Shown: piece by piece, positions 27,391 to 35,570 of the stretch
Position numbering within the stretch: position 1 is the first letter of the stretch
Layout: each line of letters begins with the position of its first letter
DNA from: a virus
Length of the DNA: 64,000 nt
IMG/VR virus record: IMGVR_UViG_3300006046_000002
Location: 1 to 64,000 of that record
Direction: 5' to 3' (one strand)
Program-made: the position numbers and the translations under genes
Notes under the pieces: model-generated
What the model was told of the DNA's origin: nothing
What the model saw: only the letters and a program-made list of their open reading frames with translations
Databases searched by the model: none

Positions 27391-27393
27391 GAT

Positions 27394-28395
27394 TTACTTC
27401 TCCGTGGATGGAATGGTGAACTGCTCTGCAATGATTGACTTGAGGTCGTGCTTGTTGCCGCGGTTGAGACACAACTCGTAGAAGTCACAATCGTACCGAC
27501 ACGACTCGCGTCGCGTGGGATAGATCGCGGCATCCAACATGTCACGCACCACGCGCAACGTGTCCCGCTCCCACATGATGAGGTCCTCGGGCGAACGCTC
27601 GATGGACTCACGTGCGAAGAGTGGGGCCTTCACGCGCGGACCCGGCATCTGTCTGCGCAGGACCGTGCGCCATGCAATGAACCGATCGTACCTCCTGTGG
27701 CGAAAAGGTTCCGGGAGAAGCCACGCATCCGTCGTCGATGATTTCCACATCGCCCACAGATACGTTGTGAGCTGAGCATCCAGATCCATCATGTCGAACG
27801 AGATGGCATTCTTCGTTTTGGTTTCGTCCAGTGCCAGCACCTTCTTGTAGATGCGAGGCTCGAACATCTCGTCGATCTTTCCACGGATCAGGATGCTCCG
27901 ATCTTTGACCAGTGGCAGTACGAACGCCCACTCAGGTACAACGTCCTTCTTGCCGATGTTGCGATCGCTGTGCTCATTGCTGTCGTCATCACGAACCCAT
28001 GCGATGTACCCTTGCAACATGGCCGTCGCGAGTTCACGATCTTTCGACGTGACGGGAACTTCAGTGACTTTCTTGAACGCAGCCTTCGCCGCAGTGTCCA
28101 TCGCTTTCGGCGTGCGCTCTCTGCGTTCAAGCTTGTAGAACTCTTCCTTTGTCGCGTGCACCAGAATCCCATTCACACGCGGCATCGACACTTTCTTTGA
28201 GCGGAGTCCCACGCGCTTATCCCAGTTCCACTGCAACCGACATCGCAAGAACTGACTGATCTCCGATGTACTGATGATCAGTGGTGTCTCTGGTGTCGGA
28301 ACGAATGGTTCCTTCATGCGTGGTCCGCCCTGCAATGGCCCAGTCATCTCAGTGCGATGAATCGACCGCTGAAAGAACAGACCTTTCCCTTTCAC
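27394..28395 (-). CDS. PD-(D/E)XK nuclease, Cas4/RecB-like with Fe-S cysteines
   Basis: GTG start proposed (AAGGAGG upstream, GTGA overlap with the SNF2 stop). Motifs GKIDEMF and LALDETKTK. One N-terminal Cys (FLRCRLQW) plus C-terminal CRYDCDFYELC, as in Cas4-type 4Fe-4S nucleases. Confidence 0.7.
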   Translation of the reverse strand: MKGKGLFFQRSIHRTEMTGPLQGGPRMKEPFVPTPETPLIISTSEISQFLRCRLQWNWDKRVGLRSKKVSMPRVNGILVHATKEEFYKLERRERTPKAMDTAAKAAFKKVTEVPVTSKDRELATAMLQGYIAWVRDDDSNEHSDRNIGKKDVVPEWAFVLPLVKDRSILIRGKIDEMFEPRIYKKVLALDETKTKNAISFDMMDLDAQLTTYLWAMWKSSTTDAWLLPEPFRHRRYDRFIAWRTVLRRQMPGPRVKAPLFARESIERSPEDLIMWERDTLRVVRDMLDAAIYPTRRESCRYDCDFYELCLNRGNKHDLKSIIAEQFTIPSTEK

Positions 28396-30035
28396 GCTGC
28401 CTCCTTCCATTCTCGCTTGAGTGCTTTTGCTACGGGGAACACCTTCGCAAAATCCTTGCGCTTGCCAGTGCGTGTCTCGAGCATGTGCTCCTCGTACGAA
28501 TCAGCCACGATGATATGGTAGCTCGTGCACGGTACGAGTTTTCCGGTGCCCTCCTCAGGACGACGCACGCGTCCCTCGGTCTGTTCAATATCGCGATGGT
28601 TCCATGGATGATCAAGGTAGATGATGGTGCCATACTTCCCGAAGTTCAGTGATGTACCACCGACCTTGATCATGATGATCACGGCATCGTACATCCCGCG
28701 CAGAAATTTCTTCTTTACCCGATTGACCTTGCGGCCCATGCCACCGACAACCAGACCGATCTTCAGTTTCTTATGCTCGAGAAACTTCTTCAGGCGCTTG
28801 GCTGTTTCACGCCACATCGTGAAGATTACTGGTGGCCGCCCTTCCAACTCCTTGATCAGTTCGTAGACGATCGGATACTTGACACTACGTTCGCTCGCTC
28901 CAAGTACTTCAGGATCGACGAGGTATTGCCGCATTCGTGTAATGCGCGCCAGCACGGAAGGAATGGCGAGTATCTTCTTCTCACCATGATGCGCCTCCAT
29001 CTCAGCAAAGAATTTCGTACGGAGTTTCTGATACTCCTTCTGTCCCTTCGCGGTGAGATGTGCCGTACACTGGACACGGGTGATGGGCGGAAGATTTGGC
29101 CAGACATCTTTCCACAGACGTCGAATGGTGAACGGCTCGATCTCCCACTTCAGCAACTTCGATCGCTTTGGTGAGCTGAGATCAAGTCCTCCGAACGCAC
29201 CCTCCTCAATGTCGATGTGCATGTTGGCCCATCGCCAGAACGAAGGATAGAGTTCAGGGTACAGAAACTTCAGTGAACTGAACAACTCAGCGACACTGTT
29301 CGCGTACGGATGAGCACCGCACGCTACTCGCCATTCAGCCTTCAGCTTGTGAATCGTCTTCGTGCGCTGCGCATTCCGGTTCTGAATGAACTGGAGTTCA
29401 TCGAGTGCCGCGAGGTCCCACGGTTTCGCGAGCCATCCTTCTCGTGCATGAACCAACGACTCCCAGTGCCCAATGACCCATCCGCGTTTCGTTCCCTTGA
29501 TCTGCGCGATCTGGTTCTTGGTCGTGCCTTCCAGTATCTCGATCGGTAACTTCCGTGTCGACCATCGCTCAATCTCGCCGGCCCACTGCTCCTTCGCCGT
29601 GTTCGGCACGATGATCATGTTGCGCACAGCTTCGAGATACTCAGCCCACCGGATGATGACTGGTGTCTTGCCCACACCAGCTTCCGACGTCAGCATCACG
29701 CCCGGAAGTTTCAGCTCATGGAGAATCGACATGTCTGCCCGCTGATGGCGGAACATGCGCGACGCGAGTGGATCATCCAACTGTTTGAAATCTTCACGTT
29801 GCTTCAGCTTGCGCACATACTCGACGTGTTCTTTCGCACGCTCGAGCACACGTTCAGCTTTCGGCGACATGATCATGCCTTGCTTGTGCGCCAGCTTGAG
29901 GATGGACATCACGCGAGGCGCCCAACCGTAGTCGCGCTTGATCGGAATAACGGCGAACTCTGAGCCAAGAATCTTGGCCATCATCCGCACATCTTCACGT
30001 TCCCACGTGATGCCACCCTCTTGCAGTCGGAGCAT
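28392..30035 (-). CDS. SNF2-family helicase
   Basis: Motif I TSEAGVGKTPV, motif II ALDELQFIQN, and a C-terminal helicase domain with ...LNFGKYGTIIYLDHPWNHRDIEQTEGRVRR. Confidence 0.85.
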   Translation of the reverse strand: MLRLQEGGITWEREDVRMMAKILGSEFAVIPIKRDYGWAPRVMSILKLAHKQGMIMSPKAERVLERAKEHVEYVRKLKQREDFKQLDDPLASRMFRHQRADMSILHELKLPGVMLTSEAGVGKTPVIIRWAEYLEAVRNMIIVPNTAKEQWAGEIERWSTRKLPIEILEGTTKNQIAQIKGTKRGWVIGHWESLVHAREGWLAKPWDLAALDELQFIQNRNAQRTKTIHKLKAEWRVACGAHPYANSVAELFSSLKFLYPELYPSFWRWANMHIDIEEGAFGGLDLSSPKRSKLLKWEIEPFTIRRLWKDVWPNLPPITRVQCTAHLTAKGQKEYQKLRTKFFAEMEAHHGEKKILAIPSVLARITRMRQYLVDPEVLGASERSVKYPIVYELIKELEGRPPVIFTMWRETAKRLKKFLEHKKLKIGLVVGGMGRKVNRVKKKFLRGMYDAVIIMIKVGGTSLNFGKYGTIIYLDHPWNHRDIEQTEGRVRRPEEGTGKLVPCTSYHIIVADSYEEHMLETRTGKRKDFAKVFPVAKALKREWKEAA

Positions 30036-30037
30036 CG

Positions 30038-30241
30038 TTACCTCAGCCGTTCAAGTTTGCGCTTGACGCGCACGAGTGAAATGCGTTTCAGCACATACAC
30101 ACCGACAATGGTATCACCGCTGATGTGATCGATACCATCCTTGTGCAGCGTGAGGTACGGACTTGCCGGAGGGCCACCGATCGACACGATGACTTGCTCG
30201 GGGAATTTATGCTTCACCCGTTTCGGCTTGTCCTTCGGCAT
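30038..30241 (-). CDS. Small protein, paralog of 30241-30534
   Basis: 67 aa. Shares FPEQVIV...VGVYVLKRISLVRVKRK with the neighbour. Confidence 0.5.
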   Translation of the reverse strand: MPKDKPKRVKHKFPEQVIVSIGGPPASPYLTLHKDGIDHISGDTIVGVYVLKRISLVRVKRKLERLR

Positions 30242-30534
30242 CAGCGCACGACCTTCCGCTTGATCTCGACCGTGCTGACCTTGCGAAGTTTGTAGACACC
30301 GACGGCCACACCACTCTTGTAGATCGTCTCGAGTTCCTCACTGTGGCCGAGGAACCACGACTTCCCACCCTCCTTGTCCTTCTCCTTCGTTACCACGAGG
30401 ATATCCGGGAACGAGCCGTCGCCCTTGCGTGCGGCGCGCTTGGCTTCGCGCTCAGCATTCCGCTTCTGCTTCTTGCTCAGCTTCGCGCTCTTGTCCTTCT
30501 TGCCGCTCTTGGCCTTCTTGCTCTTGGTCGCCAT
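30241..30534 (-). CDS. Small Lys-rich protein, paralog of 30038-30241
   Basis: Start at MATKSKKAKSGKK with GAGGAA upstream. C-terminal FPDILVV...VGVYKLRKVSTVEIKRK. Confidence 0.5.
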   Translation of the reverse strand: MATKSKKAKSGKKDKSAKLSKKQKRNAEREAKRAARKGDGSFPDILVVTKEKDKEGGKSWFLGHSEELETIYKSGVAVGVYKLRKVSTVEIKRKVVR

Positions 30535-30545
30535 GATGTTGTTCC

Positions 30546-30743
30546 TCAGGGTGTGAAGATTTCGTGACACCGTTCTGCGATCGCGTGTTCCAGTCGACGA
30601 AGTGCGCGCCGCGCTCGCTGTCTACGCGCATACCGTTTCGGTTGCTTCTTCTTGTTCGTGACCTTGATCGATTGCAATTCACGCATCAGCCCGATCCGAT
30701 AGAGGACCAGCCGACTGAGCTCAGTATCAGGGCACAGTATCAT
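30546..30743 (-). CDS. Hypothetical basic protein (65 aa)
   Basis: ORF with an Arg/Lys-rich centre. Overlaps the upstream gene by 17 nt, so the start is uncertain. Confidence 0.35.
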   Translation of the reverse strand: MILCPDTELSRLVLYRIGLMRELQSIKVTNKKKQPKRYARRQRARRALRRLEHAIAERCHEIFTP

Positions 30744-30948
30744 GAACGATCACGTAGAACATTTCCAAGTCGTACTCCCAGACGAGGACCAAGTCTTTGT
30801 CTCGATTATCGGGGAGCAGCAGACCATCAGCAGCAATGCGGGCCAGATCATCGATCCGCGTGCGAGGCTCTTGCAGACTTTCATCACTCAGGATGAAGGG
30901 AGCATTGGGCATTCGCTTCTTGCTGAACGTACCATAGATATGGAGCAT
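30727..30948 (-). CDS. Hypothetical protein (73 aa)
   Basis: The ATG lies 10 nt downstream of promoter-like motif copy 1. Confidence 0.5.
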   Translation of the reverse strand: MLHIYGTFSKKRMPNAPFILSDESLQEPRTRIDDLARIAADGLLLPDNRDKDLVLVWEYDLEMFYVIVHDTVP

Positions 30949-30958
30949 GCCATCTGGT

Positions 30959-30975
30959 CTCCTGTAGTAGGGTAG
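30959..30975 (-). promoter_or_regulatory. Promoter-like motif copy 1
   Basis: The - strand reads CTACCCTACTACAGGAG. It abuts the stop of 30976-31113 and lies 10 nt before ATG 30948. Confidence 0.55.
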
Positions 30976-31113
30976 TCACTTCTTTTTCCGTGGCTTGCGT
31001 TTCTTGTACGATGCAACGCGCTTCTTCACGATCTCTTCCGCGCGTTCGCCTCGCCAGAACGGAGCGTCCTTGTTGAACAACCCATTCTGGCGAAGCGGAT
31101 GCACGCGCTTCAT
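30976..31113 (-). CDS. Small basic protein (45 aa, below ORF-track cutoff)
   Basis: Hand translation gives MKRVHPLRQNGLFNKDAPFWRGERAEEIVKKRVASYKKRKPRKKK. ATGA overlap with the upstream stop. Confidence 0.4.
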   Translation of the reverse strand: MKRVHPLRQNGLFNKDAPFWRGERAEEIVKKRVASYKKRKPRKKK

Positions 31114-31460
31114 GCGGTCCTCGTCCGCTTCCGTCGGGCGTCCTTCCACATCTGCGTCGCCTTCCGGTACTCCGCTTGCAGAAGTTCCAAGGAGTAGTTG
31201 GCCGAGACTTCCTCGATCGACATCGGTCGTGCATCTGGTCCCTTGATCCGGTAGAACGTGCGCTTCCGTGTCAGCACCAGATCTTCAGCAATCTTGAACC
31301 CACGGAGTGGACGCGCACGATCAGACTGCGTGATGTGCGGAAACGCTGTCTCAATGTTGCGCACTCCGTTGTAGTTGATCTGGCTCAGCCACCGCGCCAA
31401 CGCGACGCGCGGTGGCGTTGGCAGTGGCCGTCCCGGTGGCCGTGCTTTGCTGGCAGTCAT
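31110..31460 (-). CDS. Hypothetical protein (116 aa)
   Basis: ORF taken from MTASKARPPGR. No obvious SD, so the start is uncertain. Confidence 0.5.
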   Translation of the reverse strand: MTASKARPPGRPLPTPPRVALARWLSQINYNGVRNIETAFPHITQSDRARPLRGFKIAEDLVLTRKRTFYRIKGPDARPMSIEEVSANYSLELLQAEYRKATQMWKDARRKRTRTA

Positions 31461-31598
31461 ATATAAGGTAGTGAGTGGTGGCGGGGCGGGTTTGGCGGGT
31501 ACCCTAGCCCCAAAAACCGTCCTCCAGTGCCTCCAGGATGGCTCGTGGAGCACCAAAAGGCACCTAGGGCGGCAAGTACCCGCCCAAAGGCCCGTTTT

Positions 31599-31632
31599 GG
31601 CTCCTACGGGCCTTTTAGGAGCCCTTTTTGTG
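31599..31632 (+). terminator. Rho-independent-terminator-like hairpin oriented for + strand transcripts
   Basis: GGCTCCTA (31599-31606) pairs with TAGGAGCC (31616-31623), with a 9-nt loop, followed by CTTTTTG. On the - strand the hairpin is followed by AAAAC, so the T-run is + specific even though all neighbouring genes are on the - strand. Confidence 0.45.
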
Positions 31633-31699
31633 CTACCCTACCCGCTACCCTGCCTAGGCGCTGTTTGGGGCACTGGCGGGCACCTAGGGACAGGGCGCA

Positions 31700-31716
31700 C
31701 CTACCCGTAGGGTAGG
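31700..31716. other. Palindrome CCTACCC GTA GGGTAGG built from the promoter-motif 5' half
   Basis: Perfect 7+3+7 inverted repeat. The - strand reads CCCTACCCTACGGGTAGG, so the first 10 nt match the promoter-like consensus CCTACCCTAC. Confidence 0.7.
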
Positions 31717-31733
31717 GCGGGCTCCGGCGTGCC

Positions 31734-32783
31734 CTACTCGGCGCCGCCGGACTTGGGCCTGAGCAGCTTGACCCACTCGTTCTGCACGTACAGACGGACG
31801 GCACCCCGCGATCCGCCTTTCGCGATGAACTCGTCGACCGTCATGCCTTTCTTCAGCTTGTCCCAGACCTTGGCCTTGGCCGATCCGGCACGACGCGGGT
31901 TCTCCTGGATCAGGCGCTTGATGATGTAGTCGTTGTGTTCCTTGGTGATCCGGTCCGTGTTCGCGCTGGACTTCTTCTGCTTCTTGCTGGACTTCTCCTG
32001 CTTCTTCTGCTTCTGCTGCTTCTTGTTCTTCTTGGTCGGCTTCTCGTCCTGCTCTGCCTTCTGCTGCTTGTTCTTCTTGCCAGACTTCTTGGTCTTGGTA
32101 GCCACATCAGCCTCCGTGAGTTCAACCTTCAGGATGAGTGAGAACAACCGAGCGACCCGTTCCTCGAACGGTTCGTCCTTGATCGGCTTCCCGCCGAAGT
32201 ACCGTGTCACCTCCCTGAGTAGTTTCGGATCCTTGCGTCCGTGCTGCACAAGCCATGGAGCAATCCAGTTGTGGACATCATCAGGATGTGCCTTGCGTGC
32301 CCGAGCGATCTTCAGTCGAATGCGTTCCCAACCGATCAGGCCGTCCTCAGCGCGTGATGTCACCAAGAACGTTGGACCTTTGGATGGCTTCAGCTTGTCG
32401 GGCTCACGCTGCGACATCCATCCCATCTTCAACTTCTCTGGCTTGCCATACTGCACCAGTAGCTCATCAGCACGATGCGTGATCGGACTGACCCAGTCCC
32501 GATAGATCGTTGCCTGATTGAGTAGCCGCACAATGCTGCCAGCATCAGCGATCACCGGCTTCTCATCCGCCTTGTCCGGCACGATGACCATCGGTTGCAT
32601 GAGCGCTGTGTACGGATTCTTCGGCGGCTCAGGCATCCTCATTGCTTTCCGAATGTGCTTGTCCAACATCTTCGGGTTGCCGATTCTCAGCTTCGGCGTA
32701 GCTTTCCCTTTACGGTGCGCAGACTTGTCAGCCTTCCGTGCACTCTTGTCACGCTTGGCAGTAGTGCTTTCACGTTTACCCAT
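31734..32783 (-). CDS. Hypothetical protein with internal Lys/Gln-rich tract
   Basis: Start at MGKRESTT with GGAG 6 nt upstream. Contains KTKKSGKKNKQQKAEQDEKPTKKNKKQQKQKKQEKSSKKQKK. Overlaps the upstream gene by 97 nt. Confidence 0.55.
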   Translation of the reverse strand: MGKRESTTAKRDKSARKADKSAHRKGKATPKLRIGNPKMLDKHIRKAMRMPEPPKNPYTALMQPMVIVPDKADEKPVIADAGSIVRLLNQATIYRDWVSPITHRADELLVQYGKPEKLKMGWMSQREPDKLKPSKGPTFLVTSRAEDGLIGWERIRLKIARARKAHPDDVHNWIAPWLVQHGRKDPKLLREVTRYFGGKPIKDEPFEERVARLFSLILKVELTEADVATKTKKSGKKNKQQKAEQDEKPTKKNKKQQKQKKQEKSSKKQKKSSANTDRITKEHNDYIIKRLIQENPRRAGSAKAKVWDKLKKGMTVDEFIAKGGSRGAVRLYVQNEWVKLLRPKSGGAE

Positions 32784-33691
32784 TGTCCGCTCCATTGGTT
32801 GATCTGCTGTTGGAACCACTTGAGTGTGAGCCACGGACTGCCTTGCTCCTGCCACATCGTGCGGAGTTCATCCCGCGTGTCCAGCATGCCTGGATCATCG
32901 ACTGGGATAGCGCCATGGAATTCATCACGTACCAGACGCTTCGCAAACTTGTCCCACATCTTGTCGAACGATGGTGGCACTTCAGGCCACAGAATCCGTG
33001 TGGCTCCGGCACGCACACGCCGATTGCGCACCAGTGCTGCGCGCAACGACTTGGACAACTCGGGCGTACCGATAATCAGCAGATCGCTCCATGCGCCACG
33101 GAACAGACGCTTGGCTTCAAACTGCGCTTGCCGTTTCTTGTCGCTCTGCAGCGGACCGAGATAGAGATATCCCGGCTTCCGCTTATCCAGAATGTTCCGT
33201 CCCAGAGCGATGTACTTCGTGGTCTTCGGGTTGAACACGAACGCCTTCTGTCGGGCCTTGGTCTTCCGCTTTTTGCGATCGATCACTGGTGTGTACCGCT
33301 TGAGCTCAGCCTTGAAGCTGGACTTCCGATGCTGAAACTGTGGCGCGTGAAATCGCCACGCCTGATCAGCACTCTTCGTGCGCTTCAGTGCTTCGCCTAG
33401 ATCGACCACCATGACCTGAGCCTTCTTGTCGATCCCGAGCTTGCGTCGGATCTTGGCAAAGAACCGACCCATCGTTTGCACGCGCCGCAAATTTCGCCGA
33501 CGCCGGAATCCTCCCAGCTTCCACTCGCCGACTGACGGATCATCCTTCCGGTGGACCCAAACGTACGCGACCCAGACCCTCTCGAGATCAACGTCGCGGT
33601 CGGAGTCGGCGAACTTTCGCCTCTCCTGTTCAAGTTTCTGCGCCTCGAGCCTCCGATAGTATTCGGACTCGAGTTCTTCTGCGCTCAGCAT
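32687..33691 (-). CDS. Hypothetical protein (334 aa)
   Basis: The ATG lies 7 nt downstream of promoter-like motif copy 2. Basic, with no recognised motif. Confidence 0.55.
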   Translation of the reverse strand: MLSAEELESEYYRRLEAQKLEQERRKFADSDRDVDLERVWVAYVWVHRKDDPSVGEWKLGGFRRRRNLRRVQTMGRFFAKIRRKLGIDKKAQVMVVDLGEALKRTKSADQAWRFHAPQFQHRKSSFKAELKRYTPVIDRKKRKTKARQKAFVFNPKTTKYIALGRNILDKRKPGYLYLGPLQSDKKRQAQFEAKRLFRGAWSDLLIIGTPELSKSLRAALVRNRRVRAGATRILWPEVPPSFDKMWDKFAKRLVRDEFHGAIPVDDPGMLDTRDELRTMWQEQGSPWLTLKWFQQQINQWSGQWVNVKALLPSVTRVHGRLTSLRTVKGKLRRS

Positions 33692-33698
33692 TGAGCGA

Positions 33699-33717
33699 CT
33701 CCTATAATAGGGTAGGT
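33699..33717 (-). promoter_or_regulatory. Promoter-like motif copy 2
   Basis: The - strand reads ACCTACCCTATTATAGGAG, 7 nt before ATG 33691. Confidence 0.55.
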
Positions 33718-33721
33718 CGTG

Positions 33722-34342
33722 CTACTTCCGTTTCTTTGCTCGGTGTGCCTTCTTGCTCTTCTTGCGCTTGACTTGCGTGGCGTCAGCTTTCTTCTGTCGC
33801 TTCAGCCATGTGGCATGTGCTGATGATTCATACTTCTCAAGCCGCACCTCTGGTGTCGTCCGACGAACGCGCTTCTTCGCCGGAACAATACGGAGATCGC
33901 ACTTGCGGTCGCGCTCAGCCAGAACGTACCGATGTTTCGGGCTGACGAACACGACGACCATCCCCGTGCGGCCGGGCTCGAGCTCCGTGGTCCACCCTTT
34001 CTTCCCTGATGGCACATGCTTGCGCTCGAGATGCTGCTTCGTGACCCTGATCTCACTGCGCAACGTGTTCCGATCCCGCGGAGTCTTGGCCTTGTCGAAC
34101 AGTTTGCGCAACTCGACCAACTTCGCTTCGTGCATCCGCAGCGACACGGCGCTCGGTATCCAGTGGATCTGCTTGCCCTGAATGAGCGGCACCTTTGCAT
34201 CACGCTGTGCCCACTCTTTTGCTTTCTGCTCCTTCGTCGGTTTGGTCACAACGATGGACTCTGCACGTTTGCCGCACCGAGGACACGCAGTCAGGTGTGG
34301 CGCAACGTAGCATCGACACTTCTTGCATCGGCGTGGGAACAT
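33722..34342 (-). CDS. Zinc-ribbon protein with basic C-terminal tail
   Basis: N-terminal CKKCRCYVAPHLTACPRCG. C-terminal KRQKKADATQVKRKKSKKAHRAKKRK. Confidence 0.55.
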   Translation of the reverse strand: MFPRRCKKCRCYVAPHLTACPRCGKRAESIVVTKPTKEQKAKEWAQRDAKVPLIQGKQIHWIPSAVSLRMHEAKLVELRKLFDKAKTPRDRNTLRSEIRVTKQHLERKHVPSGKKGWTTELEPGRTGMVVVFVSPKHRYVLAERDRKCDLRIVPAKKRVRRTTPEVRLEKYESSAHATWLKRQKKADATQVKRKKSKKAHRAKKRK

Positions 34343-34527
34343 TAGAGAGCTGACTCAGTGCGCCGATCCCGATTCTGCCACGGATCCTGCTTGATCAAAC
34401 TCCGTGGCTTCAGCTCCTCACGATGCTTGAGCACAGCGCACGCATCGGTATGGATGTGCCGCCGCTTGCAGTCTGGGCACGCACCATCAGTGCCACGCTC
34501 TGCCGGAAGAATGCGCTTGTCTCTCAT
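34342..34527 (-). CDS. Small Cys/His-containing protein (61 aa)
   Basis: Start at MRDKR via ATGA overlap with the 34524-34670 stop. Contains CPDCKRRHIHTDAC. Confidence 0.4.
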   Translation of the reverse strand: MRDKRILPAERGTDGACPDCKRRHIHTDACAVLKHREELKPRSLIKQDPWQNRDRRTESAL

Positions 34528-34670
34528 GGCTTCTTCTCCTTCTTGCCGTGACAGCCACACCCGATCTCCGTGCACGGCCCTGACTTCGCGACATGGAGAT
34601 GCTTGCACTTGCCGGACGGACACGGACGGGTCTGTCCCTTGAGCCACTTCACCGGAGTGATGGTCTTCAT
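34524..34670 (-). CDS. Small Cys-rich protein (48 aa, below ORF-track cutoff)
   Basis: Hand translation gives MKTITPVKWLKGQTRPCPSGKCKHLHVAKSGPCTEIGCGCHGKKEKKP. Confidence 0.4.
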   Translation of the reverse strand: MKTITPVKWLKGQTRPCPSGKCKHLHVAKSGPCTEIGCGCHGKKEKKP

Positions 34671-34673
34671 GGC

Positions 34674-34946
34674 TCAGGCCTCCTGCTGATCAGGCGTCCA
34701 GTGGAACTGCGGCACCTGATCGTACTGAAACTGCCGCTGAATGCGACCGAGCGTGCGGCGCTCACGGCGCGTCACGCCGAGCTGAGCGAGAATCTTGTTG
34801 GCGCGCTTGGCGGCATTGTGTGCCTTGACGTTCTTGATGCGACGGACGATTGCGATGTCAGGCCACGACTCTGCCGCAATTTCACGTGACAGCTTGACAT
34901 CTTCCAGCTTGACGACATCGGAGGGAGTGATCGTCTGCTTTTCCAT
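34674..34946 (-). CDS. Hypothetical protein (90 aa)
   Basis: The ATG lies 8 nt downstream of promoter-like motif copy 3. Confidence 0.5.
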   Translation of the reverse strand: MEKQTITPSDVVKLEDVKLSREIAAESWPDIAIVRRIKNVKAHNAAKRANKILAQLGVTRRERRTLGRIQRQFQYDQVPQFHWTPDQQEA

Positions 34947-34954
34947 GAGAGGAT

Positions 34955-34973
34955 CTCCTGTAGTAGGGTAGGT
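34955..34973 (-). promoter_or_regulatory. Promoter-like motif copy 3
   Basis: The - strand reads ACCTACCCTACTACAGGAG. It overlaps the TAA stop of the upstream gene and lies 8 nt before ATG 34946. Confidence 0.55.
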
Positions 34974-35230
34974 TAGTCGTTCAGGAATCGCTTGATCTTC
35001 TTGTGCTTCTTGGCTTTCTTGGTCTGCACCTTCACCTTCTCACGCCGAAGTCTGCTGTGCTTCTCTTCAATCAGGTAGGCCAGTGCCTCACCGATCGCGT
35101 CCAACTTATCCGCCATGATCCGGAGTCCGAGATTGTTGATGTCGTTGTCCATGTGGATGACGGACCGCGACGGATCGATCGGCATCCGCAACCGATTGAC
35201 CAACGTCTCCTGCCGATTGACTTGATCCAT
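34973..35230 (-). CDS. Hypothetical protein with Lys-rich tail (85 aa)
   Basis: ORF ending ...KVKVQTKKAKKHKKIKRFLND. Confidence 0.5.
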   Translation of the reverse strand: MDQVNRQETLVNRLRMPIDPSRSVIHMDNDINNLGLRIMADKLDAIGEALAYLIEEKHSRLRREKVKVQTKKAKKHKKIKRFLND

Positions 35231-35233
35231 TGC

Positions 35234-35542
35234 TCAGCCCTCCGACGGCAGACCGTAGGCGTGCTTGCTACCAACCTTGCGAACGATCACGATCCGGTGC
35301 TGACGGAGCAACAGATCCATAACAGCCTTGATGTCCTGAGGAATCCGGCCGAACAGCGCATCCAGCTGGAAGTCGGTGACCAGCTCACCCTTCCGGTAGG
35401 CGCGCTCCATCATCATGAGCACTTCATTGTAGATCAGGGTGCGACTGACGCAGCCGCGTCCGTGGCAGAAGTTGCACTCCACATTGTCCTGAGGACCTGA
35501 TCCGGTACCACGGCACCACGGGCACTCGATGCGTGCGTTCAT
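35234..35542 (-). CDS. DnaJ-type zinc-finger protein (CxxCxGxG x2) with C-terminal winged-helix-like part
   Basis: Start at MNARIECPWCRGTGSG...CNFCHGRGCV, 10 nt downstream of motif copy 4. Confidence 0.55.
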   Translation of the reverse strand: MNARIECPWCRGTGSGPQDNVECNFCHGRGCVSRTLIYNEVLMMMERAYRKGELVTDFQLDALFGRIPQDIKAVMDLLLRQHRIVIVRKVGSKHAYGLPSEG

Positions 35543-35552
35543 TGTTCTCTCT

Positions 35553-35570
35553 CTCCTGTAGTAGGGTAGG
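35553..35570 (-). promoter_or_regulatory. Promoter-like motif copy 4
   Basis: The - strand reads CCTACCCTACTACAGGAG. It abuts the TAG stop at 35571 and lies 10 nt before ATG 35542. Confidence 0.55.

Noticed and set aside
25260-27438. Long + strand ORFs (25260-26168, 26632-27438, 26795-27343, 26868-27278) with Ile/Val/Leu-rich, poly-Ser or Arg/Pro-rich translations.
   Set aside because: They are antisense or out-of-frame readings of the GAY/GAR low-complexity tracts that encode the poly-acidic tails on the - strand. Their composition is a mirror artefact, and they lack start-site context.
30884-31234. 116-aa - strand ORF spanning two genes and promoter-like motif copy 1.
   Set aside because: It is out of frame with the coupled pair 31110-31460 and 30976-31113. 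It runs through the conserved intergenic motif, and its translation is Arg-rich junk.
31461-31480. The - strand sequence CCACTCACTACCTTATAT just upstream of ATG 31460, which contains the T7-promoter core octamer ACTCACTA.
   Set aside because: An 8-mer match is expected by chance about twice in 64 kb on both strands. The rest of the T7 consensus, and this phage's own 19-nt consensus, are absent.
31461-31733. Possible tRNA or tmRNA in this non-coding gap and in 53815-54452.
   Set aside because: I found no GTTCRANYC-type T-loop, no cloverleaf-compatible arm spacing and no acceptor-stem complementarity by eye. A tRNAscan-SE run would settle it.
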